This document shows positions 1 through 14,281 of a stretch of DNA of 64,000 nt, piece by piece. Location: positions 367,908,001 to 367,972,000 of the forward strand of contig OZ024740.1 of the NCBI GenBank assembly GCA_964016885.1. The letters run 5' to 3'. Under the pieces are notes generated by a model. The model was not told the origin of the DNA, ran no database searches, and was given only the letters and a program-made list of their open reading frames with translations. Every line of letters begins with the position of its first letter. Positions within the stretch are counted from its first letter, which is position 1. A program made the position numbers and the translations under genes. The stretch is from Eledone cirrhosa (lineage: Eukaryota).

Positions 1-149
1 ATAGAATCGACAACTTGGGGCAATTCCGTTTCTGACCTATTTGGCTTGAAAGCCACTGATGCATGAGTGTTTTATCTACTTCAGGTGTTTTGATACGGAG
101 AACATATTGCCCATGCAGTAGAATTTGCTCCTAGTAAGTGCACAGTCTC

Positions 150-600
150 TGTTGGCCAACAATTTTATATCGTTTGCGGCTTTAATTTCAGTTTCGCCAT
201 TATTTTCAAAATACATATATTCTTAATACTCCCGCAAATTTCCAACTTTCCACATGCCCGTTTGGGTGATATATTTTATTACAGGTCAAAATACCCCTGA
301 TTTCGTTGTCCATTCACATAATTTCATTAACGTTCCAATTTAGGATATTGAAACTGTAGGTGGCAACTGTGATTTCTTTTCTGGCAGCTATTTATTTCTC
401 GTGTTAAGCTCAATTTTCAAGGCAGCTCTTCGGTAGCATTCCTTCCTTCTCTCCTTCATCCTGGCGTGCTGAATGTTTCCCAAGATATATGTTGAGTCGA
501 CTTGTTCTAGTTCCCTAATTACTGTATTCACATCGATTTCCTTTGAGCTTCTCTTGAGTTCCCTGCTCATGGACAGTTTAGCCTCATTTGCATACCGAGC
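150..600 (-). mobile_element. Degenerate R4/Dong-like non-LTR retrotransposon fragment (RT thumb region)
   Basis: Minus-strand translation across a stop and frameshift gives YILGNIQHARMKE..KECYRRAALKIELNTRNK / ITVATYSFNILNWNVNEIM*MDNEIRGILTCNKIYHPNGHVES. This resembles the R4/Dong pattern 'ELN..NK..AIN..PV..YSF.I..W...LD...R..LT....HP'. Confidence 0.6.
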
Positions 601-1948
601 TGTAGGCCGGCTCGGCCTGATCAATATTATTCGATACACAAAAAACACATACTTCTATGTATATATATATATATATATATATATAAAGATATGTTGGAGA
701 TGTGTCTATATACTAAGAATTGATAATGACTATTCAGCACAATAAAGAATGGTCAACGGTCTTAGTTTCCTTGTTGTGTAGTTTACTCTTGGTGTTATCA
801 TCACGTTTCAATATATAATTTGTTCACTTGTTTTGGCTAGGCACGAGTCCTATGAAACTATAACCACACATTATATTCTGCCTTTAGCTGGATTGTATTT
901 ATTCTTGTTTGTCGAGTTGTTTGGGATTTTAACCCCGTATGTATTCACTAACATGATATTGTTAGTATTATTATCATTATTGTTATATGAAATATGTACG
1001 TCGCAACACTGAGGGCGATAATGATACTTAGGAGCGAAAATTGAGTAATGTACTCTGGGAGATAGTTCCCTGCCAGGGATTGTGGGATGGATTCCATGTA
1101 GGAGTCTGCTACTCGAGATTTTGATTTGGATTATGGAATTCTATTTTGCAAGCGCACATAGTTTTCATTTTTTGTTTGTTATGGGAAAATGTTAAAATAT
1201 AATTTCATCAAATCATATTTCCAATAGGAAGGCAATTTTTATTATTTTCGAAACAGGTTTAAAAATGTAAAAAAAACAACAAATGTTTCTCAATATGTAT
1301 AAATATAGTAAAGTCAGTTTTATAACTTCAGGGCAGACTGTAGTTTGGGTTATACGTATTTTAAATATTTCAATACCCCTACATATCATTCCAGCGTGTT
1401 TCCCAAATATAGATGTGAAATATTTCATTGAAAGCGAGACTAAACGCAGTAAATTTATCCATCATTCATATATACAATATAAAATCAATTCATGCGTGAG
1501 GTATAATTTTGGATATTGAAAGGTATTCTGTGTAGATTCCTGTAAATTGTGTAAATGCTTAATTAACTAACAACAATTAATTTAAGAAAGTCTAACCCCA
1601 TTAATTCGTTCTATTTACAGCTTTTAAATATTAGAAAATTGTTTATGTCATCTTAGATTCTTGAACCATATGTTATATACTTCAGAATTATATTAACGAC
1701 AGATATGTACCTCTTTGAATTATTGGATATTATATAACGAGAATAATGGGAATGTCAATTGAAATGTGTTGTGTTTATCATGACATTTTTACATACACAT
1801 GACTGCTGCCATAACACATCTTCATTATAGTATTATATATATATTAATACCTGAAAAATAATCATTAAAAAATATATGTTAATTTATGAATTAAATATAG
1901 ACATAGCTCTCGAGCAATTTATTAATTGCCATGGAGTATATTTCAAAC

Positions 1949-2115
1949 CTGGCATATCTCCACTGATAATGCTTCTTTCTTCTTCTTCTTTAGTTTGGTC
2001 TATTGCCAGGGAATCCGTTGATTCGTCATCGGCCACAGGACCATCTAAGAATGCAATGTGGGCATATTTGTGGACTAGAGGATGCTCCTCTTCAGCTGGT
2101 CGAATAATAGGAACC
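1949..2115 (-). CDS. Candidate internal exon of an unidentified host gene (VPIIRPAEEEHPLVHKYAHIAFLDGPVADDESTDSLAIDQTKEEEESIISGDMP)
   Basis: Acceptor ttttctttaatccgcag|, donor CAG|gtttga, 167 nt with an open frame, and higher GC than the flanks. No family recognised. Confidence 0.55.
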
Positions 2116-2329
2116 CTGCGGATTAAAGAAAATATTAATCTTAATTTTAAAATATATTACCTCAAAAAAGGAGAAGAATGTCACAGATTACATATAAATA
2201 CCCCCTCCCCCCAAAAACCCCACTGAAAAACGTATAATGAAATCTACAAAGAAACATGCACTGAACCCTTTGGAAAAAATGGTGATACTGAACAGAAATA
2301 ATATATTCCTGTAAATTATCAAAGCTAAT

Positions 2330-2540
2330 AGAATATAATGAAACGACTAAATCTAGCTACGTTAATGTCCCAGAGAGTGGATAGAAAAATGCATGTCAAT
2401 TATAACATTGCCAACAAAGAGTTGGACAGAGGTCTAAGGAAGGAGAAAGATACTTAGAATGAGAAAATTGCAGACGAGATAGGGAAAGCAACGGTCTTAA
2501 CTAGACAACGCGATCTCATCTAATAAGAAACCACCAAAGA
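2330..2540 (+). mobile_element. Old RTE-type LINE fragment (EN-RT linker)
   Basis: Translation YNIANKELDRGLRKEKDT*NEKIADEIGKAT..RQRDL resembles the RTE linker 'NKEVK...R.DK..Y.E..A.E...A....R.LY'. Confidence 0.4.
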
Positions 2541-4070
2541 ATTAAATATCCTGCAAATTTGAATGAACATATCCTTGTTCTTTTAAACTTCTCTTGGTCT
2601 GCACATGTCCATCACACACGTGTAGCAGATAGCCATCCGCCACCGCAGCAATTGTGAACGTTGTACTAACTATAAAATGAGATATTTTAAAATAATTATA
2701 TTTTTGAAAAACAACACATCCTAACGCTTGGGTATAGGCCTGACGTGACATTAGACCATATGTTGAATATACGCTTTTCTAATATCGCATAATCTTCAGG
2801 TAGAATATAAGGAGATAGAAGGGAAATCAGATTGATCGTTAACGTTGAAAAATCAAAAATTTTGAAAATTCAAATCGGCGGCTTAGTTTATTTTATGGTA
2901 AAAAATCAAATCAAATAATGAACTGAAGGAAACGCATCACATATCTAGGAAGCATAACATAAGTAACACTATCTGCACAGGGCGATGACAATGCAAAATA
3001 TGGAAAGCCGTGTGAAGTTTCCAAAATTCTGACGCCTGTCTGGAAGCAAAGTGTCCGTTCAGATATATTAAACTAAAGAATTTCGATGATTCTCGGATGA
3101 GTTTCAAAATCAACAACGTAGGATTTGTACTCATAATTACATAATAAACAGTGTACTAAAAAGATAATTTATTAAGAGCACAATTATTATAGGTGAACAA
3201 AATTAGTTAATCGAAACATTACGCCTTACTAGTGGAAATAAAGATCGAATAAAATTGAATTGAAATGAAATACAATGTCGAACTGAAATGGCATATCGTC
3301 CTCTGTGGAATTTGTTACATACGGATAGGATTGAGTTTGAATTCCTTTATCGTGCATGAATTACAAGTCCGAAAAACGGTAGGAGGATAGTCAAATCATA
3401 TTTCTATTATAAATTAACATATGGAATTTTGATATGAAATACTCAGTACATTCTTGCGTTGTGGACTAATGAAAATGCAAGTAGTGTATCATGTTAAATA
3501 GAGGCAGTATCATACTAAAATATGGCTTCAATGATTGCAGAATTTATCTCAGAGCAGGAAAAAGGAAATTCATTTCAGAGCAGGAAAAAAGGAAATTTAC
3601 AATATTTCAAATGTACATAAATGTAAAAAGAAACATATGTAAACACAATGCTTCACAATTTTCTTTACGTATGTATATATATTCTCACTTACTCGGCTGG
3701 CTCTATAGAGCTTTTTAAGCTGTGTTTCGACGTTGATTCTGATGTTGTAGAAAATACTGCCGCGTACATATCATCATAGTGCTCATTTTGGACGAATTCT
3801 TCTCTCATTGGCGTTAATTTATTAAAAGAAGGTTTTTTACTGAAAAATATTAAAGAAAAACACGAATTTAGACATCACAACACGGATATTATGGGAATGT
3901 GGTTAGAATGTCTCAGAAAAGAATCGGTGGACAGAATTTACTGGCAAAACCAACGTAGGTATGAGAGCTACGGCTAGACAGCGAGCAGGAGGAAACGGTT
4001 GCTTCTGGCTGGAAGTAGTGTTTGTAGACTCTTCCCCACGACACTCTAAAGAATAAGTGGGCAAACAAGA

Positions 4071-4105
<35 letters not shown>

Positions 4106-4108
<3 letters not shown>

Positions 4109-6165
4109 CAGAAGTACCCGGCGTTGCCCGGGTGTAAGTCGATCTTTGCTCTGTTGTTAAAATGTGTGAAAGTTACTTCCCACGCATCACAGGTGCAGAA
4201 ATCGTCGAACCTCAAGCAAATAAGCAGAGGTTAGTAGACGCAGGTGTGTAATTGAGCATAAATAATGGATCAATTGTAGGTTCACAGTGTATCGTTGAAA
4301 TTCTTCTTTGCACGACTGACGAAAATCAAATTCGCTTGAAATTGAATTTTCAGTTGATTTTTAAAGCAGGGTGAAAAAGTCGATTTTTTCCCAGTTTTTT
4401 TTTTTTGCAATTTTCGCGCGCACATCTACAGGATAAGAAATAAAAGGGACTTTATCTGAACCGGGGCATAATGGTGAGTCTTTTGCGACAGTTTTCAAGA
4501 AAATCGGACGTAAAAGTTTTCCCATGTGCAACTTTGCTTTGTTTTTTGCGCAATGTCAAACCCCCGCTTCAGTTTTATTGATTTTTTACATGAATGCGTG
4601 ACCTCTGAAGTAGATATGAGTAGCTAAAACTCTGTCCCGGTAAATTTGCTATAGGTGAAAAAATGAAAAAAAGTTGATCAAAATTGTGTCTAGGGTTATT
4701 GCCCTTTGCAACAGCCTCAACGTGTCTTCAAGTATAGATTATTAATTTGTTGTGGGACTAAATCGACTTTCGTCAAATCCGACCGGGGAAACAATGTTTC
4801 CATTTGTCTTTCTAGCTGGTGTACCCGGTTACACTCGGGGTTATAAGGCGCTGGATTTAAAAGGGTATGCGCTAAATTCCAGCAGGATGCTTTAACCGAA
4901 ATAAATGAAGAACAAACGTTTCTTTTTGTGCTCCAATCTCTGTGATATTGGTATTTTGAAAAAATAGTCCACAAACATCCATGGAGCATGTGTAACGCTT
5001 ATATCAGGTTATGAGAAAAAGGGTTTTCGATTCTCCATTCATAAGGTACCAAAAAATTGCACGCAAATAAACCGGGATTTTAAGGCACTGCCCAATTCAT
5101 AGCTGAAAGGTAAGAATCAAGTGGAATAGTGTTTTGCGACATTGTCAAATGTACAACTGTACAAAAGCAAAGGATATAGCCATTGAAATCTGGGTAGACC
5201 AAAGAATTTGGTGGGGTTGTATTATATATCAGAGGATTGTTTTCCTTGTGATTCGCGTCTAGCCTACAAAGTGAAGCTAGATGATTGTAGTCGGTATTGT
5301 ATCAATAAAAAGTAAAAGCATACGGAAGACTGAACACTTACGAATTAAGTGAAAATCACGTTGATATTCCTATCGGAGCAACATGTGCCGAAAAACCTGA
5401 CGGACTGTTGTGTCAATATTGAAATCGTAGAAATTGCGAATCCCGACCTCTAAGATGAATGGATAGGCCTTGGAGATAAAGAGGAAGAATTCGTACAATT
5501 GTTTTGCTGAACATGTTGACCATTAATTTAAATAGACTCACGCAGCATCGTCGTGCAGTTTTGTTGTTTATGGTCTAGAATGAGGGCCGGTTAAACGCGT
5601 CAGAAAAATAAGCCATGCTGATGATGTTTAGGGGCGTCGCAGGGAATATATGCGACGTTGTGAGTCAATTGTGAGGACAGTGGAAGGCACGCTGATCGCT
5701 TGAGAAGACGCGATGCTACACAGGATGCTTCTCGGCCATAATTGAAAGAAAGGCATGTCAGGAGAAATGAAAGAGTTGCTATTCATCCTTTGCTTAGCAT
5801 GATGAACATGTAATTAAAAGGATTTACCATGGACTATCGTTCACGTTGGTATTGTGTTTCGCCTGCGTAAATCGGTGGTCAAATGGGGCAACAATAAGCC
5901 AAGCTGATGACGTTTAAGCCGGTGGCAAGGAATTGATGCGGCATCCTGAGGCATGACGATGCAGTGGACGACGGCCAGAAAGCAGGGAAGAGGGCAGGGG
6001 TGGACAGTGGCAAGGATGTCGCATGGTGAGCCATGGCAGGCTTGAAGGAGCACTATGGGCAGGCAAAAGAAAGGGCCGTGGAGGGGATGACGGCTGACAG
6101 AGCATTGATGCGGCATGGTGATGCATGACGATGCAGTGGGGCGATGTAGTTGCGTTGCGTAACTA
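4106..6165 (+). mobile_element. Putative Helentron/DINE-1-like non-autonomous rolling-circle element
   Basis: Starts right after (TA)n with TAGCAGAAGTACCCGGCGTTGCCCGGG, a short palindrome typical of Helentron-associated element 5' ends. A hairpin tagttgcg-ttg-cgtaacta lies near 6147-6165. A segment at ~4763-4801 recurs at ~16596-16635. The 3' boundary is uncertain. Confidence 0.4.
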
Positions 6166-6361
6166 TATTTATTCCCTTACAGAAACTAATTAGTTGGAGT
6201 GAAAATTATAGTAAGTAAGTTAATTTTAAAATTTTCTTATTTTACGTCTTTCATATAATTGTTCTGCATCCCCCTGCATAGAACCACAAATGTACTAAGA
6301 CATAACATATATATTTGCTAGCATGGGTATACATCTGTTTACATATGTTGGTAGATATACT

Positions 6362-6365
<4 letters not shown>
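6165..6365 (+). repeat. 5'-truncated copy of the 9190-9605 hammerhead-bearing repeat (only the GAAA-CTAATTAG-TT half of the ribozyme remains)
   Basis: Aligns by eye with 9417-9605. Confidence 0.75.
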
Positions 6366-6442
<77 letters not shown>

Positions 6443-6443
<1 letters not shown>

Positions 6444-6815
6444 CAGCATCAGCAGGTCGACCTTGCTCGGCTTTCTACGACACGTTTCCTCCATCCATCT
6501 CTGTCTCTCATAGCGTTTGCCAGTTCATCCGCAGTGCATCCGGTATCGTCCTCAAGTTGCTTGACGTATGTCTTCTTGGTACGACCAGCGTTTCTTGATC
6601 CGTCGAAACTGAAGAAAAGGCTAGACGGGACATACACACTTATGTTCCGTGGTGCTTTATACGTGTCTTGGAGGGAACACCCAACAAATAAGGATCTCTA
6701 TGGCAATATACCACCAATCAGCAGGTCAATACGTCGACAGAGACTCAGATTTGCTGGCCACTCTTGGCGGGCAAGGAAGAAACAGCAGGTAAAGTGTTGT
6801 TATGGAGTCCATCCC

Positions 6816-6818
<3 letters not shown>
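6443..6818 (-). mobile_element. RTE(-X)-type LINE 3' end with 5' inversion, inside (TA)n
   Basis: Minus strand 6449-6600 encodes GSRNAGRTKKTYVKQLEDDTG...MRDRDGWRKRV. Plus strand 6600-6818 encodes the preceding part, KRLDGTYT..LYGNIPPIS..IRRQRLRFAGH..LLWSPSH. Confidence 0.8.
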
Positions 6819-6848
<30 letters not shown>

Positions 6849-7527
6849 TATACACATATATATATATAAATGTGTGTGCGTGTGTGAGATGTGTGTGAGT
6901 GTGCGTAGGTTTGCGCGAGCATCTGCCGCGTATGTATCTGTACCTATTATATATACTTACACCCACATACATATTTATATTCAATTACGATATGTAGAAA
7001 TTTATAATTATTGAAAGCCAATGGTTCTCTCAATAGCACACACACTGGGTTACATGCAATATTAAGAAGACAAAACACAGAGAACAGTTATTTTTATTGC
7101 ACCTTAATACAAGTATCTTATAATTAAAACTGACAGAAGTAGTGAAATACATTGTAGAATTTCGATTTAGAGGCATATCTAATATGAAAATAGCACTAAA
7201 TAAACATCATCGAAATTGAGGAGCGGTGAAACAAAATCTCACGAAACGTGTTTCATAAATGTATTATGGTTACATTTAATAAAATATTTTTATAAGTAAT
7301 AAGTATTATTATAAGGTAAATTCATTTTCCCTTCAAATGTGAGAATTCTAATGGTGATGAATCCAAACTCATTTATCAAACTATTACATTGATCATTTCA
7401 GAAATATGTGCTATTTCACTGAAAAAATAATGGTTTTCGGAGCGAACATGAAACTGAATATAACTTCAGAAAAATTGATGTAATTATACCCAATAATGAG
7501 GAATTTCAATGTACTAACGAAAAGCGT

Positions 7528-7568
<41 letters not shown>

Positions 7569-7688
7569 CTCTGTTATTGTATTAAACATTTACTCTTGAT
7601 TGGCCAGATGTGTTTATTTCCAGGTACCTTATGAATTTGACTTTCCGTATTTATTACTGTTGTGAAATGTTGTGGCTTTTTTTGGTTG

Positions 7689-8080
7689 TAACTTCTCTGT
7701 CTTTTAGCCTAAGAAAATATATATATGCCTATGTATATAATTACATGCATACATTTATTTTCTTTAATTAATTGAGTTCTTTACACGAGGAATTAATATT
7801 AGTTTTGAAATAACTAATTAACCCGCGTGTGTTTTATATTTTGCTCTTAATTCGGCCGGAGATTTACATTCCCATTTGCAATTTAAAGCATAACTTTCTA
7901 TATTTACTGCGGTTATGAGATGCGGTTCTTATTCGGGTACAACTTCTGATTTTAGCCTAAGAAAATATCTATATGCGTGTGTAATTTATACACGCATATA
8001 TTTATTTTTTTTATTTTCAATTGAGTTCTTAACACGTTGGATTGATAATGTTTTCGAAAAAACTAATTAACCCGCGTGTA
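7689..8080. repeat. Diverged direct repeat (~140 bp units, ~250 bp apart)
   Basis: ttttagcctaagaaaatat...ttgagttc...aactaattaacccgcgtgt occurs twice. Confidence 0.7.
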
Positions 8081-8578
8081 TATTATTTTTTTCCTCCTTT
8101 CGTGGATCGTAGTTGTCGCCCCTTCCCGCTTCGTGTCGCTTGATACTTCCTCAGTAAATAAACTGCTGGAATTTCAAATTTGGCGGTCATTCGAGGCGGG
8201 AAGGAGCAACTTTACAGACACGATTTTTGACTGCGGTAAGAATATCTTTCTTATATCAAAGTCTAATGGGCTTCCACTGATGATTTATAAACGCCCACCT
8301 AAATATATTCTTACATGAATATATATTAGGCTTCTACATAAACTGGAAATATTCTCCCAACTTGTAGAACATTTATAATGAAACAATTGTTTGGAAAGAG
8401 AGATATACTTTAACTTTAATTATATCTCATAAAATAATACAACTGGTTTTTCCACATTATACATATTGTTAGCACCCCAAATACTTGAATTGGGTTTATA
8501 TTTAAATATAACCTAATGTTTGTTGAGTGAGATGGTTACCAGTCGGAGTTTAGCTTTAAACTATCACTGTTATTGTAT

Positions 8579-8845
<267 letters not shown>

Positions 8846-9025
8846 TGGTGGAACTCTGGAAGGTGCTATCCGTCGTGGTAGAGCACTCATTCCAGGGGAC
8901 GAGTTAGGTAGAAGTGTTTACACAACAGTTAGATCACCATGCCGAGTTTAAAATATATGAACAAATGTTTTACCTTCGCGGATCGTCAGCTCGCTATGGA
9001 TAACTAACTGTTGTGTAACCACTTC

Positions 9026-9057
<32 letters not shown>

Positions 9058-9060
<3 letters not shown>

Positions 9061-9106
9061 TCATCATCATCATCATCAGGTCGATCTTGCTCGGCTTTCT
9101 ACGACA
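9058..9106 (-). mobile_element. Very short 3' tail of the same RTE-type LINE, with a (GAT)n tail
   Basis: caggtcga.cttgctcggctttctacgaca is shared with 6453-6482 and preceded by (tca)n. Confidence 0.7.
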
Positions 9107-9189
9107 GTAGCCAAGCTATTACTATGAATCATAGTAGTAATGTTGGCAAATTTTTGCTCAGCAAAATATTTTGGAGATAATTATAAAAA

Positions 9190-9605
9190 ATTAGTATATC
9201 TACCAACATATATATACAGATGTATACCTATACAGGCAAATATATAGGTTTTGTCTTAGTAACTTTGTGGTTCAATGCAAGGGATGCTTGCTCTTTTCCA
9301 TCCACCGAATTATTTTTGTATAAGTTCCTTGTGTCCGCGCATCGCCAGATATCTTAGCTGAAAATGACTCTCTGATGAAGGAAAGGTTTCTCCATGGTCT
9401 CCATTTGTAGACTATGTATATTCCCTTTCAGAAACTAATTAGTTGGAGTGAAATTTAAATAAGTAAGCTAATTACTATAATTTTCTTATTTTACGTTTTT
9501 CATATAATTCTTCTGCATCCCCTAACCACCAAGTTACTAAGACAAAACCGATATATTTGCTTGCATAGGTATACATCTGTATATATATGTTGGTAGATAT
9601 ACTAA
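9190..9605 (+). mobile_element. PLE-type terminal repeat with an inverted copy of its 3' end
   Basis: 9190-9288 is the reverse complement of ~9514-9605. It contains a hammerhead and ends in (TA)n. Confidence 0.7.
9367..9449 (+). ncRNA. Type I hammerhead ribozyme motif with a palindromic stem III
   Basis: actct CTGATGA [gaaagg...cctttc] GAAA CTAATTAG TT ggagt. Confidence 0.75.
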
Positions 9606-9653
<48 letters not shown>

Positions 9654-9685
9654 GGAAAAAATGAAACGGAATTTCATTTCCCACT

Positions 9686-9752
<67 letters not shown>

Positions 9753-10927
9753 TTGTGTGTGTGTGTGTGTGTCTGTGTGTGTCCGCGTGGATTTTTGTGT
9801 CTATGTGCACATATACACCTAATTATATAAATATATGTATGCACATATAAATAAAATTACTTATCAAATTTTATGATATGGATAACATTATATAAAATAT
9901 CTAACTGTATACATTAGAAAATACCAATCAAATGTACTCATGGATATACTGTTACGCACAAAATATAACGGCCAGAAAATGCATTCATACACACAGAATT
10001 ACTAAACACGTCAAACTTAAAATATCATTAAATACATTGTATAGCATTTCAATAAAAATGAAACGAATGGTTGTTTGACAGATTTCAGCATCAAGGAACC
10101 ATGCCATGATCTTATCAGTTCTGAAAATAGTAACACAATCGGTATGAATATTATAAGGGAAATCAGTCTACTTAATATAAAATAAACAACATAATGTAAT
10201 AAATAACAGACCCCATAACCATCTAACAAATTAAATAACAACAAATCAGATGCATATACATTTACAGACGCTGAGAAATCTAAATTAATAGAAAGTATAT
10301 TATATAGAATATTATAATGTTGTTTAAGAAAAAAGCTATGAAGCAGTGAAACATTCATTTTAGGAAATTCACTTCTAACGAATCCAAACAAAAATATTTA
10401 GAGACATATAGCTAAAGTGGGGTAACGATGAAGTGATTATTCAATTAAAGGAAATTATTTCCGGCATTCAAGAACATAAAAACGCCTACACTCACTCACA
10501 TATTTATGCACACAATTATAAGCACACATAAACACACACATTTACATCCGCACGATTATATCTAAACATTTATATAGATATGAAACTGTACATTGAGGAC
10601 GTGGTACAATAACTACACTTATGAAACAAACACACATTTATAAACACATAGACAGAAAAATAATGCTTTAACATCATCCACTAGAGCGAAAACTACTCAA
10701 ACCTAAACTTTCCTAGAGGAAATAGTAAAAGACATAACGAAAATCAATGATGCGTGTAGTAATCTACTGACTTTAGAAGAGCAATGTCGACCATACATAA
10801 AAACACACACACACATTCATATGAACATCATATATTTACGTATCGAAACAAAGTAAAGGAAATTTGAAATGAAGTTAAAAATTATTAAGTATTTCATAGT
10901 AAATTATATGTATTATTATATTCATAT

Positions 10928-11090
10928 TGGTGTAAGCATGGCTGTATTTTTAATAGATTTGTTTTGTAGGCATGTATTTTCGTGTTCGTTTGACCGCGTG
11001 GTATATTCGGGAATTGCTATTTACTAAATCTTCTGTTTGACCATTTTTTAGAATGAAAATGCCTAGTGAGAAACTGTAAAGTAGGTGGTA
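10928..11090 (+). mobile_element. Highly decayed tRNA-derived SINE (second family)
   Basis: ggtgtaagcatggctgt...gtgttcg...gcgtggtatattcggg resembles a decayed box A/box B SINE head. Confidence 0.3.
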
Positions 11091-11397
11091 GTTTATAGAA
11101 ATAGGTTTAATAATCTAACTGCTGGTAGCATAAATTATTGTAACGCATACAAGATTTACAGTTAATTATTTGAAATTCGATTTGAATTGAAAATCATAAT
11201 TCTTATAAATCTTTTAAAATAGTTAGTTTCTCCTTTGGGATTAATGTTGTGCAGCACCGAATTTGCGGTTATATTAGGGCGTCGCTTAGACGGATTCGCC
11301 TTCTTTGGTCGGGGCTCAATGTGCCCTGCGCTATATATTATTTTCTCCTGAATTTTAAAATAAGTGTTCAGATCAGAGAAGCAGCTGTATTTTCTAT

Positions 11398-11599
11398 TCC
11401 GAACACACGTTGAAAAGTTCATAGGCTGAATAGGGAATAGTGATGCTAGAGCTATGATGTTTTGCGTGCTTAAATTTCAAGTCTTCTTATTAATAAGTGC
11501 ACTGTTTCGTTCCAGGAACTATGTTGAAAAATAAACCTTATTTGGTCGTTTCATGAGCGTATCAAGGTCAGCCTATGCATTTTTCAAATGACACTCGTA
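11398..11599. mobile_element. Tc1/mariner-derived MITE (~200 bp)
   Basis: Inverted termini ttgaaaagttcataggctga (11410-11429) and tcagcctatgcatttttcaa (11568-11587). The right end reads TACGAG on the minus strand, as in mariner TIRs. Confidence 0.6.
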
Positions 11600-11675
11600 T
11601 ACCCTACAACTGGTGTTTGCATTTGGCGAAAATGTTTATGAGAATGTTTGAATAATATTCATTGAATTTTTACAT

Positions 11676-11750
11676 ATCATCATCATCATCATCAACATCA
11701 TCACCATCATCGTTTAACGTCTATCTTCCCCTCTAGCATGGGTTAGAAAG
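11676..11750 (-). mobile_element. 3' tail of a SINE or RTE element with a (GAT)n tail
   Basis: (cat)n followed by cgtttaacgtc...gcatgggtt. Confidence 0.45.
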
Positions 11751-12645
11751 CCTTGTCCTATTTGAGGCAAGTTTGTTCGGGTGACCGTGACTCGCTCGTA
11801 TAGCACTGTTTCTGGCTGTTATGTTCATGATTCATAGAATGTATTTTCCATATTTATTCCAGGTAATATTTTCTTGCGTACGGTACCTTATAGTATTTCA
11901 GCGACATTATGGCGCATTGGAAATTGATATTTTATTAACATTTTTGGTTGGGTGCTGATCACAAGACAGTTATTGTCTATATAAATATGACGTAATAGAC
12001 ATTTTTAGTTACATAATTGGTATTTAAAATGAACCCTGTTTTAATCATTCGCTATTTTATAGCTAGAACTTCATGGTTGCGAAAGCATGAAATCAACAAG
12101 AAGAGGAGATGTAACCAACACAAGTGCAAGGGAATCTGCAATGTATGTAAATTTTAATATCATTCCAAAATATGATATGCAATTTTGGTAGGAGAATGCC
12201 ATTTGAGAGCTTCTCATTCTAAGGTATTGGTCCTTCAATACACAGTATATAACGTATAATCCCACCATCATCAGTAGGTAATGGATTTCCTACTGAAACT
12301 GTTACATTTCCGAACAGAAATAACCAGTTTTCAAATTTAAAGTTCGCTCTTATAATTTCAAAAGTAAGAAAACGTCTCTAATATGTTTATTATACATAGA
12401 CATAACGTGTAGGCCTTCATATACAACCCCATTATTAATATAACTACGTAATACGACCGCTACAGCATAATAACTTCAGTCTTCCGCGTAACAGTTTTTC
12501 GTGCGCGTAGTTTGTTGATATAATGAAAAATATGGATACTATTTGAAATCATGTCTAGGCGGTTCGTTTATAGCTGTCTCTATATAAAGGTTTTCTGATT
12601 ATTCTGAGTGTGCTTCCTCATCGGATTAGGGTAATCAACGGTCTC

Positions 12646-12719
<74 letters not shown>

Positions 12720-12777
12720 ATGCATACACACAGACACACAAACACACTCACACACAGCAACTCATGCACACACACAC

Positions 12778-12834
<57 letters not shown>

Positions 12835-12839
12835 TATAT

Positions 12840-13195
12840 AGTGTAAGATGGTAATATGGACGTAAACAAGTGAAGAAACACTTCATCAGCTGTAAACTGC
12901 GGACCATAGATGTTTCGGCGCTTAAAACAGGACATCGAAATCGATCAGCAGCGAGTCCAAGGCCTTTTATCAATCAAAGGGCAATGACGGAAAGTAAAGA
13001 AAAGATAGTGAAGAGAGAGTAAGAAGGGGAAAAAGGAAAGAGGAAAAAACGAAGTAAACAAACCGAATGGACAATGGCACATGCAAGTGAGTAACTGAGG
13101 AGAAATAGAATAAGTTACAACGAACCGATTGGACTTAAGTCCTGTAGTCAAATAACTGCGAAGCGAGGTGTTTCCGTGCGGTCTCAGCAAAGTCA

Positions 13196-13259
<64 letters not shown>

Positions 13260-13393
13260 AGAAACTGGAAGTGAGAGGGAGAAGGGAAAGGGAGATAATA
13301 CAAAAGGGGTTTACGACGTGTTAAAACCGGTCGAATACGTCCATATTACCATCTTACACTTTGTTTACAGTAACCACACAGATGGGTTCGTTT

Positions 13394-13395
<2 letters not shown>
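12840..13395 (-). mobile_element. (TA)n-flanked insert with a short inverted 3' copy
   Basis: gtgtaagatggtaatatggacgt (12841-12863) is the reverse complement of acgtccatattaccatcttacac (13337-13359). Confidence 0.5.
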
Positions 13396-13475
<80 letters not shown>

Positions 13476-13539
13476 TAAGGTAATGAATTCTTTTACAATG
13501 GAATCAGCTCGAATGAGGAAAAATATCCCCTGAGCAGTG

Positions 13540-14281
13540 TATAAATTAATATGTATGTGATGAAACACAGATACCAACACATCTGTATATATATTGCAAA
13601 CGAAAAATTTAGCCAGATTGAAGTATACTAATTATTATACTACAGTTTGTCCATATCGATTTAAAATAATAAATCAACGGAGACGAACTGTATTGCCAAA
13701 AGGCCGTGATGTTTAGACACATTTAAATTTCAAAATCAAACCTGTTCCGTAGATAAGTTTAGACTTTAAGATCCAAATATGTTTCGAGTTAAATAAGTGT
13801 AGGAATATCATGTCCCGCACTCCTCAGTTAACATCCCGAGATAACTGCTCCTAGTTTGAGCTGCAAGCCGCCTCATATATACGACTGTTATTTCTAGCAG
13901 TACGGTTATGAGACTAGTTAGATACTGTAAAGCCATGTGCGTCACGCAGTCTTTTAAATTATTTAGAAGTGAAGCATATCAATTTGTCTCTGGATGTTTA
14001 CTGAGGAGTGCGGGACATGATATTCCTACACTTATTTAACTCGAAACATATTTGGATCTTAAAGTCTAAACTTATCTACGGAACAGGTTTGATTTTGAAA
14101 TTTAAATGTGTCTAAACATCACGGCCTTTTGGCAATACAGTTCGTCTCCGTTGATTTACTATTTTAAATCGATATGGACAAACTGTAGTATAATAATTAG
14201 TATACTTCAATCTGGCTAAATTTTTCTTTTGCAATATATATACAGATGTGTTGGTATCTGTGTTTCATCACATACATATTA

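Noticed and set aside
12895-12955. Minus-strand CTGATCGA...GAAAC...GTC motif
   Set aside because: The core has an insertion and stems I and II pair poorly, so it is not counted as a ribozyme.
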